DNA from: a virus | Lineage: Duplodnaviria > Caudoviricetes | Strand: one strand, 5' to 3' | Virus record (IMG/VR): IMGVR_UViG_3300042866_001666 | Coordinates: 1 to 26,359 of that record | Length of the DNA stretch: 26,359 bases | Shown here: piece by piece, positions 9,083 through 16,662 of the stretch | Numbering within the stretch: position 1 is the stretch's first letter | Layout: each line of letters begins with the position of its first letter | Translations under genes and position numbers: made by a program | Notes under the pieces: generated by a model | What the model was told of the DNA's origin: nothing | Seen by the model: the letters and a program-made list of their open reading frames with translations, nothing else | Database searches by the model: none

Positions 9083-10189
9083 ATGAAGATTGACATAGAA
9101 AAGGTTGACCTCACCCAATTCATGGTGCATGAACACTTTCTCAACGGAGAAATCGTTCATTTGATTCAACCGCAACATATCGGCACGAAATGGCGACAAG
9201 ACAACAAGCACATGCGTAGTGTGGTTGTGAATTATGCTGGTGAAGTTATCAGTGCAGGCTTTCCAAAGTTTACCAACTGGGGCGAGAATCCTGAACACTT
9301 TCCAGTTCCCAATTCGTTGAATCATTGTACCGTGGTTGAAAAGCTTGATGGTTCATTGTTGATTGTTAGCAAGCATAACGGCAAATACATTCTACGTACC
9401 CGTGGAACTGTTGATGCTTCTACTATGGCTAATGGTCATGAGTTGGAAGTTTTCAAGGATACTATTCTCAAGACCCTTGATGTTTGTTTGCCCGTCGATA
9501 TAAACGGTAGTTGGCACTATTCTATTTTGTTTGAGTGGGTTAGTCCTATCAACAAGATTGTGTTGAACTATGGTGATGAACCAGACTGGTATTTGGTTGG
9601 CGTGGTAAATCACGATCACTACTCTGTGTGGTCTCAATCCCGTTTGAATGAGATGGCCAATGAGTTTAATCTCAAACGCCCTCCTACCTATACTTTTTCT
9701 GGTGTTGAAGATCTGTTAAAGGATGTTGACCAATGGAGAGGTAAGGAAGGTGTGGTTGTTTATTCAAAGAATGACCAAATGCTTCACAAGGTAAAGGGTG
9801 CGTGGTATCTTGCTCTTCACCACATGAAGAGCGAGTTGTCAAACATTGAAAAGGTTATGGATGTGTGGTTGGAACAGGGTATGCCTGACTATCAGACTTT
9901 TTATAACTATATCTTTACCACCTTTGATTATGAATTGGCTGAACAGTGTCGTGGCATGATTAGCCGTATTTGTGATGCCAAGAAGGAAGTGGATCTTATC
10001 GTGAATGGTATGAATGAGTTTGTGAATAACCGACTCAAGACGTTACCAAGTCGTAAGTTACAGGCTGAACAAGTAATTTCAGCTTATGGTAATACTAATC
10101 GTGCGGCTTTTTTGTTCAAGTTGCTTGATGGTAAGTCGTTAGGCAATGAAGAATATAAGAAGTTACTATTTCAAGTTCTAAAAAATTAA
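9083..10189 (+). CDS. RNA ligase, T4 Rnl1-like
   Basis: FPKFTNWGE, EKLDGSL (adenylated Lys), TRG, FEWVSP.NKIV..Y, EGVVV and KVK...Y motifs; helical C-terminal domain. Confidence 0.88.
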   Translation: MKIDIEKVDLTQFMVHEHFLNGEIVHLIQPQHIGTKWRQDNKHMRSVVVNYAGEVISAGFPKFTNWGENPEHFPVPNSLNHCTVVEKLDGSLLIVSKHNGKYILRTRGTVDASTMANGHELEVFKDTILKTLDVCLPVDINGSWHYSILFEWVSPINKIVLNYGDEPDWYLVGVVNHDHYSVWSQSRLNEMANEFNLKRPPTYTFSGVEDLLKDVDQWRGKEGVVVYSKNDQMLHKVKGAWYLALHHMKSELSNIEKVMDVWLEQGMPDYQTFYNYIFTTFDYELAEQCRGMISRICDAKKEVDLIVNGMNEFVNNRLKTLPSRKLQAEQVISAYGNTNRAAFLFKLLDGKSLGNEEYKKLLFQVLKN

Positions 10190-10202
10190 AATAAATTGGT
10201 AG
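10148..10202 (+). repeat. Direct repeat copy 1 (3' end of RNA ligase gene plus downstream bases)
   Basis: GAAGAATATAAGAAGTTACTATTTCAAGTTCTAAAAAATTAAAATAAATTGGTAG; 51/55 identical to 10807-10861. Confidence 0.95.
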
Positions 10203-10249
10203 TCTTTTTATTTATTATATAATTTATAGTCAATTACGATTATTGTCAT

Positions 10250-10801
10250 ATGAAACATTTTTACCAAAACTTGGGAGAAACATGGTTCGATTATCCCGAG
10301 TTGTACTCCACAGTTGTTAAAAAATTCCCCAGCGGTTCTCACTTTGTTGAGGTTGGAACATGGAAAGGAATGAGTGCTGCTTACATGGCTGTAGAAATTA
10401 TCAATTCAGAGAAAGACATCAGATTTGACTGTGTAGACACATGGGACGTTGTTGCATCACCACAAACAGAAATATCACCGGATCTTTTCAACGGTCTGTA
10501 TGATGTATTCATCAAAAACATAGAACCCGTAATACACCAAATCAATCCAGTCAAGTCTTTGTCTTGGGATGGCGCATCCTTGTATGTGGACAACTCACTG
10601 GATTTTGTCTTCATTGATGCTGCACATGACTACGAGAGTGTTAGAAAGGACATCAATGCGTGGTTTCCAAAGGTAAAAAATGGAGGAGTAATAGCTGGAC
10701 ATGACTATGGACGTGATGAGGTTCGTAAAGCAATCACTGAGTTTTTTAAGGATCACTCTATCTATGAAAGTGAAGGTTGTTGGATAGTTGGATTATTTTA
10801 A
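10250..10801 (+). CDS. Class I SAM-dependent methyltransferase (Methyltransf_24-like)
   Basis: FVEVGTWKGMS, VDTW, LDFVFIDAAHDYESV, W..KVKNGGVIAGHDY. Confidence 0.92.
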   Translation: MKHFYQNLGETWFDYPELYSTVVKKFPSGSHFVEVGTWKGMSAAYMAVEIINSEKDIRFDCVDTWDVVASPQTEISPDLFNGLYDVFIKNIEPVIHQINPVKSLSWDGASLYVDNSLDFVFIDAAHDYESVRKDINAWFPKVKNGGVIAGHDYGRDEVRKAITEFFKDHSIYESEGCWIVGLF

Positions 10802-10806
10802 TTAAG

Positions 10807-10861
10807 GAAGAATATAAGAAGTTTTTATTCCAAGTTCTAAAAAATTAAAATAAATTAGTAG
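10807..10861 (+). repeat. Direct repeat copy 2 (stranded RNA ligase 3' end)
   Basis: Reads EEYKKFLFQVLKN* versus EEYKKLLFQVLKN* in the ligase; 4 mismatches in 55 bp. Confidence 0.95.
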
Positions 10862-10932
10862 GGTTTTTTCTTGTATATGTATGTGTGATAGTCAATCGTG
10901 GCTATCATAACACACAAACACAAAGGAAACAT

Positions 10933-11148
10933 ATGGCAGATAATAATAAAACCCCCTACGAACTACGTTGGGAAATTCTAAAAGAAATGCTCTGTATTAC
11001 CAGAGAAGAGTGGTCTACAAAAAAAGAATTAGCTCAATACAACGCTGAAAAAAGCGGTAAATCACTTGAATATATCGGTGATATTCCATTACATGATGCG
11101 TTGCAACGTGCGGAAAATGTATATGCATCATTTATTTGTAAGAAGTAA
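10933..11148 (+). CDS. Small conserved phage protein (KTPYELR..IL type)
   Basis: ATG 10933 preceded by AAAGGAAAC; KTPYELRWEILK...AENVYASFI pattern seen in large-phage small proteins. Confidence 0.8.
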   Translation: MADNNKTPYELRWEILKEMLCITREEWSTKKELAQYNAEKSGKSLEYIGDIPLHDALQRAENVYASFICKK

Positions 11149-11168
11149 ACATTTAAAGAACTAATACT

Positions 11169-11203
11169 AACCCCACTATTAATTTGGTGGGGTTTTGTTT
11201 TTT
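11169..11203 (+). terminator. Intrinsic terminator
   Basis: AACCCCACTA / TGGTGGGGTT stem (one G-U pair) plus T-rich tail. Confidence 0.85.
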
Positions 11204-11222
11204 ATAGATATTTATTTGAAAT

Positions 11223-11576
11223 ATGATACCAAGAGAGATAAATACTAATTTAAAAGAAGTAACCACGTTACCTATTTCACACAGTAAACCTGTAAAAATT
11301 AAGCTTACTATCATTTCTGACAACAAAGATGCTATTGTTACATCTATTAAGGCTCTAGGACATCTTTTAGAAGGATCTTTTAGTGAAGTTACTTATACAA
11401 AGCCAGCGTGGGATTTATCTCCATCAACAAATAGATATAAATTCGTAATTGACCTGTCTATAACTGGACATTCAAAACAAGAAGTCGATGACACGTTTAA
11501 CGAATTTCGAACAATGGCATCAGATACGTTTTCAAAACATAAAGTATCAATTGACTTTCACTGGGATATCTCTTAA
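11223..11576 (+). CDS. Hypothetical protein (117 aa)
   Basis: ATG ORF between two terminators, preceded by ATATTTAT (11208-11215). Confidence 0.75.
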   Translation: MIPREINTNLKEVTTLPISHSKPVKIKLTIISDNKDAIVTSIKALGHLLEGSFSEVTYTKPAWDLSPSTNRYKFVIDLSITGHSKQEVDDTFNEFRTMASDTFSKHKVSIDFHWDIS

Positions 11577-11580
11577 AAAT

Positions 11581-11610
11581 AAAACCCCACTTTTAACGGT
11601 GGGGTTTTTT
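11581..11610. terminator. Bidirectional intrinsic terminator
   Basis: AAAACCCCACT / GGTGGGGTTTT stem with A and T tracts, between convergent genes. Confidence 0.88.
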
Positions 11611-11615
11611 GTTTA

Positions 11616-11933
11616 TCAGTTCTTCTTTGGTTTGGTTGGACGATCACCATCTTTTGGTGGACCATCATGTTTTGGACCTTTCGGACCACCCGGAGGAGGA
11701 CCAAAACTTCTCAACAACTTGCGATCATCTTCACTAACCTTGGCACGTTCTTCCTTATCCAACTTGCCATCCTTGTTTGCATCATACTTTGCAACAAGTT
11801 CAGCACGTTGCTTTTTTTGTTCCTCAGTCAACTTGGGACGTTCACCGGGAGGTGGACCCTTACGTTCTGGCCTCTTTTGATCTTGAGCACTCACAGATAA
11901 TGCCAACAGTAGTGACAAAAATATATACTTCAT
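11616..11933 (-). CDS. Secreted EF-hand, Pro/Gly/Lys-rich protein
   Basis: Signal peptide MKYIFLSLLLALSVSA; EF-hand loop DANKDGKLDKEE; upstream GAAAGGAAATCT RBS. Confidence 0.85.
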   Translation of the reverse strand: MKYIFLSLLLALSVSAQDQKRPERKGPPPGERPKLTEEQKKQRAELVAKYDANKDGKLDKEERAKVSEDDRKLLRSFGPPPGGPKGPKHDGPPKDGDRPTKPKKN

Positions 11934-12031
11934 AGATTTCCTTTCGTTTCAGCAAATAACGCTGATGTTCACTCATACATAGTCATCAAAACGATCATCA
12001 ATTTTTCTTTTACCTTTGCTTTACAAAAAAC

Positions 12032-12059
12032 TTGATTTTTGTAATCTTGATGGTACAGT
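12032..12059 (+). promoter_or_regulatory. Sigma70-type promoter (extended -10), near-leaderless
   Basis: TTGATT (12032-12037)-N16-TACAGT (12054-12059), preceded by TGG; 9 nt to ATG 12069. Confidence 0.6.
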
Positions 12060-12068
12060 CTGTACCGT

Positions 12069-12320
12069 ATGAAGAACTGTGGATGTGGAAACGAAATTCC
12101 TGAAGAACGTCTCAATCTTGGATTCAAGGTGTGTATTGCATGTGGAGAAAAGATTGCACTCAAGAAGAAGCCATTTGGTTACGTACACTACGGTCATAAA
12201 ACGGCCGGCAGCATCGTTATTACCTCCAAGGCGGGGTTTGATAACTACAGCAAGGTTTCTTATCGTATGAACAAAGGCAGCAACATGGGCTACGCTAGTC
12301 GAATCTCCACTTCTTTCTAA
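12069..12320 (+). CDS. TraR/DksA-type C4 zinc-finger protein
   Basis: CGCGNEIPEERL...CIAC matches the CxxCGxxIPxxRL...CxxC finger. Confidence 0.7.
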   Translation: MKNCGCGNEIPEERLNLGFKVCIACGEKIALKKKPFGYVHYGHKTAGSIVITSKAGFDNYSKVSYRMNKGSNMGYASRISTSF

Positions 12321-12325
12321 TCAAT

Positions 12326-12544
12326 ATGCAAATGGCTGAACTCTACAAAAAGGTATACAATGAAGAATTTGTTAAACTCCCAAAATGGAAGCAAGGTGCT
12401 GTCAAAGAAGATCTTGCTAGAGGTGTGTATACTGGTCTTACCGATGACTTTATCAAATCGGTGATTGAGAAGTCAGAAAAGTTATTTGAAACACAAAAGT
12501 CTCAGCCAACAACAAAAAAAGAAATCTTTGAGGAAGTCGCATAA
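12326..12544 (+). CDS. Hypothetical protein (72 aa)
   Basis: ATG ORF tiling with the upstream gene. Confidence 0.75.
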   Translation: MQMAELYKKVYNEEFVKLPKWKQGAVKEDLARGVYTGLTDDFIKSVIEKSEKLFETQKSQPTTKKEIFEEVA

Positions 12545-12547
12545 TAT

Positions 12548-12644
12548 GTTTTAGTGTGACGATTGTAAGTCAATGGTGAAAGACACTGTTATTGATACTA
12601 ACAGAAATATAGAGTGATTAGTATCAACATCATTAGTCTAAAAC
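12548..12644 (+). ncRNA. Candidate structured RNA / 5' leader element
   Basis: Nested pairings: GTTTTAG/CTAAAAC, TGAC/GTCA, AATGGTG/CATCATT, TTGATACTAA/TTAGTATCAA. Confidence 0.35.
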
Positions 12645-12686
12645 TTGGAAGTTTAAACTGTTGAGTTATAGTGGTTACAATTACAT

Positions 12687-14273
12687 ATGACTGATAAAAT
12701 ATACAAGACGCCAATCGTTGGCTCTAAAACGCAGGAAAAACTCAATAAGGTCGTTGGAGACGGTATTGTAGTTCAATCAAACCACAAGCGAGTTGATCGT
12801 AAACACTATTCAATCAAGTTTATCATCAACACATTCAAATCCAAAGGATTTGAATTTCCCGAAGATTATCAACGTGGACAAGTAACCGGCTGGTCTGGCT
12901 TTGGAAGACAATGGGTATCAACATTGTTCGCAAAGGACGGATTTAGTCACTTTGATAAACTTCATATTCGTGAAGTTGCTGATGACACTGGTCATGTAAA
13001 GTTGCAAGTTGTTGAAGGTGGTCAACGTCTTCGTGCCATTTATGACTTCTTTCAAGATGATAGCAAGTATCACTTGGATGATGACATTATTGTTCCATAT
13101 CAAGGAAAGATTTTGAACATGGGTGGAATGTCATGGAAAGAATTGAACAATCTTCGTCAGTATAGTCCGGAATTGGATTCATACCTTGAGGATGTTCTCG
13201 TTGAACGTACTTTTGATGTCTCTCAGTATGTCAATTATCAAATTGATGAAATTGCTGACATCTTTCGTAAGATCAACAACAAAACCAAGCTTAATGACCA
13301 AGAAATGCGGAACGCATTTGGTGGAGAAGCATGTGTCGCCATTCGTAAAACTGCACGATATGACGCGGAAACACACAAGACATTCAAACTTCATCCGTTG
13401 TTTGAAGTCACAACTTCAACTTCTGGAAAAGTTGTAGGACGATGGACAAAGATTAGCTTTGGACGTTACGAAATGGAACGCACTCTGGCTGAACTTTGTT
13501 TGTTTGAAGATGACTTTGATAGAAACGCACACTTCAGTGTAGGAATTCAATCATTGGATAATCTATATGAACGATATTCCAAGGAAGGATCATTCAGAAA
13601 GTTGTTGAATACCGTAAAGGATAGGTTGACATTGATTCACAATATGGTTCAATTCAACAACGTTCAACGTAACTCGGGTATGTTGCTTAACAAAGGTACA
13701 CTGTTTACACTGTATTCTCTATTGTTCCACATTGAAAAGTATTACTTGAAGAATTGTGAAGTTGAATATGAAGATCCTCGTAAGTTCTTCATGTGGTTCT
13801 GGGTGACTCATTGTGACCTATCTCAAGTCAAAACATTTGATCCAGTTCAAAATCAATTGGTCGTTCAAATTGATCCTGTTACCGGTAAACCAGTTGAAAG
13901 TGCATACGGATTGAAAACTCGTAAGGCGCATCGTAACAAAGATGAACTTGATGGAATTTTTTCTGAATGGGAAAAGTCATTTGAATCTTACGTCAATAAT
14001 CCAGAACAATTGAAGTCAATTGGTATCTTAGCCAAAGACAAACGTCGTACCATCTCTGATGTAGAAGCACTCACAGTGTATGTTCGTCAAAACGGAAAAG
14101 ACGCGGTTACCGGAGAAGATATGCCAATCGACGACCTCGTAAAGGGTCATGTGGTTGCTCACTCCAAAGGAGGAGATTCCAGTGTAGATAACACGGTCTT
14201 GATCAACAAGTTTGATAACCTTAAACAGGGTGCCGAACATTTTGATCAATATATGAAACAGAAAGTAGGATAA
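12687..14273 (+). CDS. DUF262 (ParB-like) + C-terminal HNH protein, GmrSD-like
   Basis: P..YQR...W, VEGGQRL (DGQQR variant), IFRKIN...LN.QEMRNA; C-terminal GHVVAHSKGG.S.VDN...N..DNLKQG HNH-like motif; 528 aa. Confidence 0.8.
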   Translation: MTDKIYKTPIVGSKTQEKLNKVVGDGIVVQSNHKRVDRKHYSIKFIINTFKSKGFEFPEDYQRGQVTGWSGFGRQWVSTLFAKDGFSHFDKLHIREVADDTGHVKLQVVEGGQRLRAIYDFFQDDSKYHLDDDIIVPYQGKILNMGGMSWKELNNLRQYSPELDSYLEDVLVERTFDVSQYVNYQIDEIADIFRKINNKTKLNDQEMRNAFGGEACVAIRKTARYDAETHKTFKLHPLFEVTTSTSGKVVGRWTKISFGRYEMERTLAELCLFEDDFDRNAHFSVGIQSLDNLYERYSKEGSFRKLLNTVKDRLTLIHNMVQFNNVQRNSGMLLNKGTLFTLYSLLFHIEKYYLKNCEVEYEDPRKFFMWFWVTHCDLSQVKTFDPVQNQLVVQIDPVTGKPVESAYGLKTRKAHRNKDELDGIFSEWEKSFESYVNNPEQLKSIGILAKDKRRTISDVEALTVYVRQNGKDAVTGEDMPIDDLVKGHVVAHSKGGDSSVDNTVLINKFDNLKQGAEHFDQYMKQKVG

Positions 14274-14291
14274 CGATCCACATATGATACG

Positions 14292-14317
14292 AAAACCCAC
14301 CGAAAGGTGGGTTTTTT
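14292..14317 (+). terminator. Intrinsic terminator
   Basis: AAAACCCACC-GAAA-GGTGGGTTTTTT: perfect stem with GNRA loop and T tract. Confidence 0.92.
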
Positions 14318-14318
14318 G

Positions 14319-14347
14319 TTGACAGTAACCACTATATAGTCTAAAGT
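14319..14347 (+). promoter_or_regulatory. Sigma70-type promoter, probably leaderless
   Basis: TTGACA (14319-14324)-N17-TAAAGT (14342-14347); 6 nt to ATG 14354. Confidence 0.8.
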
Positions 14348-14353
14348 AAAGTT

Positions 14354-15367
14354 ATGAAAGTCGCTACAATCGAAGAAATTATCGAAGTCAAACCACATCC
14401 CAACGCCGATGCGTTGGAACTCGCAACCATCAAGGGATGGCAGGTGTGCATCAAGAAGGGGGAGTTCAAGAAAGGTGATATGTGCATTTATATTTGCATT
14501 GATAGCGTTCTTGAAGACAAGCCACCGTATCAATTCTTGAGCAGCAAACACTTTCGTATCAAGACCGTCAAACTTCGTGGACAAATCAGTCAAGGAATTG
14601 CGTTTCCGTTGACTCTGTTCAAGCAGCTTGGACACGATACCGTTGTGTTTTCTGAACCGGGCATTATCGGAAGTGATGTGAGTCAATATGTTTATGCCAA
14701 ACACTACGAAAAGCCTCTTCCGGCTCAATTGGCTGGCCAAGTGTTTGGATTACGACCAAGTTACATTCCCAAGACGGATGAAGACAACATCAAGAACAAT
14801 CCAGAGATCATTGATGAGTTGACTGGTAAGCCGTACTACATCACCGTTAAGGTTGATGGTAGCAGTGGAACTTACTACATCAAGGATGGTCTGTTTGGAG
14901 TGTGCAGTCGTAACTATCAGTTGAAACACGACGAGAAAAACGCTTTTTGGCGTATTGCTGAAAAGTATGGTCTTGAAGAGAAACTGAAAGCGTCTGGTCG
15001 AAATCTTGCCGTACAAGGTGAGGTTTATGGACCTGGCATTAACGGCAACTTGTTGGGTGTGTCCGAAATTCAATTCAGAGCATTTAACTTGTTTGATATT
15101 GACAAGGGTATGTATCTTGGATGGACTGAGTTACAGGAATTTTGTTTTTACAATTACGTTCCTATTGTTGAAACGTTGGATGTTGGTACAGAGTTCAACA
15201 AGACTCTTCCTCAACTTCAAGAGATGGCAAATAACTTAGTGTACGAGAACGGCAATTTTGCTGAGGGAATTGTTGTTCGTCCTCTTGTGGAGACTTATAG
15301 TGAGACTCTAAAAGGACGTTTGACCGGAAAGATTATCAGCGAACAGTTTGAACTGAAACACGGATAA
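14354..15367 (+). CDS. RNA ligase, DRB0094 family
   Basis: N-terminal HPNADALE...GWQ...KLRGQISQG; PKTDE, KVDGSS, VCSRN, VQGEVYGPGI and EGIVVR motifs. Confidence 0.93.
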   Translation: MKVATIEEIIEVKPHPNADALELATIKGWQVCIKKGEFKKGDMCIYICIDSVLEDKPPYQFLSSKHFRIKTVKLRGQISQGIAFPLTLFKQLGHDTVVFSEPGIIGSDVSQYVYAKHYEKPLPAQLAGQVFGLRPSYIPKTDEDNIKNNPEIIDELTGKPYYITVKVDGSSGTYYIKDGLFGVCSRNYQLKHDEKNAFWRIAEKYGLEEKLKASGRNLAVQGEVYGPGINGNLLGVSEIQFRAFNLFDIDKGMYLGWTELQEFCFYNYVPIVETLDVGTEFNKTLPQLQEMANNLVYENGNFAEGIVVRPLVETYSETLKGRLTGKIISEQFELKHG

Positions 15368-15369
15368 AA

Positions 15370-15831
15370 ATGAATAAAATTATTGTTATGGTTGGTGCTC
15401 CCGGTAGTGGCAAGTCAACTTGGATTGAAAAATACAACCGCTCCCACCCGCATGTGAGTGTACTTAGTAGTGATGCTCTTAGAGCAGTCTATGGAAGAGA
15501 TGAAAACGATCAAAGCGTGAGCGGTAAGGTTTTCCAATATATGGAAGCTGAAGCAGATAGTTTGGTCCGAAACGGAAATACCGTGTTGATCGACGCGACC
15601 AATATGCATCGTAAGGCTCGAAAACCTTGGGTTGAATTAGCAAAAAAATATGGTGTTGTTCTTGAGGCATACGTTTTTATTGTTGACAAGGACATTCTTA
15701 TTGAACGGAATAAAAAGCGTGGGGCAGAGGGTGGACGTGACGTTCCGGCTGATGTTATTGAACGTATGTTGAACAATTATGTTACACCTTCCAGAGAAGA
15801 AGGATTTGACATTGTTCATTTTGTGAAGTAA
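15370..15831 (+). CDS. Polynucleotide-kinase-like P-loop kinase (AAA_33)
   Basis: GAPGSGKST, SSDALR, IDATN...R, ERNKKR...RDVP.DVI..M, P..EEGFD. Confidence 0.88.
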   Translation: MNKIIVMVGAPGSGKSTWIEKYNRSHPHVSVLSSDALRAVYGRDENDQSVSGKVFQYMEAEADSLVRNGNTVLIDATNMHRKARKPWVELAKKYGVVLEAYVFIVDKDILIERNKKRGAEGGRDVPADVIERMLNNYVTPSREEGFDIVHFVK

Positions 15832-15844
15832 TCTATATAAAACT

Positions 15845-16237
15845 ATGAAAGAACCCTACAATATTTTTTTGGATGACATCCGAGTTCCAGAAGATGTAAC
15901 TTGGATTAAGTTACCTACAGTTGAATGGCTTATCGTAAGAAATTACGAAGAGTTTCGTAATACGATTGTAAGCAAAGGCATTCCAACTTTTGTTACGTAT
16001 GACCACGATTTGTCTGATCAACACTATCAACCCATCATTACTTTAAACCAGAACGACATCAATTATAACAAGTATCGGGAAAAGACTGGCTACGAGTGTG
16101 CTCAGTTTTTGGTCAACCAGTGTATGAATAAGGGAATCAAACATCCGAGGTTTGCTGTACACAGCATGAATCCCGTTGGAAAAAAGAATATTGTTAGTTA
16201 CGTCAATAGTTACAATAGAAGTTTTTCGTTGCCATGA
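15845..16237 (+). CDS. Cyclic-phosphate-processing receiver-like domain protein
   Basis: IFLDDIRVP, W.IVRNY, YDHDL, TGYECA and VHSMNPVG motifs; adjacent to RNA ligase and kinase. Confidence 0.8.
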   Translation: MKEPYNIFLDDIRVPEDVTWIKLPTVEWLIVRNYEEFRNTIVSKGIPTFVTYDHDLSDQHYQPIITLNQNDINYNKYREKTGYECAQFLVNQCMNKGIKHPRFAVHSMNPVGKKNIVSYVNSYNRSFSLP

Positions 16238-16662
16238 TAATTTGGATTACAGGACAACCTGCTAGTGGAAAAACGACACTGGCTTTAAATTTGCGTGATT
16301 ATTTCCGACACAAATCTTGTCGGATTATGGACGGTGATATGTTTCGTAAATTGACAGACAACAATGATTACTCACGGGTTGGACGTAGACTAAATATAGA
16401 ACGAATCATGACCAATATTTTGGTTGATGAACACAAATACGATTACAATATTGTGTCTGTAGTTAGTCCATTTCGTGATCAACGTGATTGGATTAAAACA
16501 AAGACTAACGTTAAAGAAATCTATTTGAAATCGAATCGTGAACGAGAAGGTAAAATGGTTGACTATTATTCGCCACCGGTTAATAATTACTTGCATATTG
16601 ATACCGATACTAACGATGTCCTTGAAACTTTGGCCAAAGCCAAAGAATATATAAACTCATGA
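16234..16662 (+). CDS. cysC: Adenylyl-sulfate (APS) kinase-like protein
   Basis: IWITGQPASGKTTLA, DGD..R, DYSRVGR..NI, VSPFRDQR, Y.PP; shorter than cellular CysC. Confidence 0.8.
   Translation: MIIWITGQPASGKTTLALNLRDYFRHKSCRIMDGDMFRKLTDNNDYSRVGRRLNIERIMTNILVDEHKYDYNIVSVVSPFRDQRDWIKTKTNVKEIYLKSNREREGKMVDYYSPPVNNYLHIDTDTNDVLETLAKAKEYINS

Noticed and set aside
12548-12644. GTTTTAG...CTAAAAC resembling CRISPR repeat ends
   Set aside because: A single inverted pair with no repeat-spacer periodicity and no cas gene.
7038-15850. Identical 15-mer TATAAAACTATGAAA at 7038-7052 and 15836-15850
   Set aside because: Very AT-rich start-codon context 8.8 kb apart; plausibly convergent rather than a mobile-element boundary.
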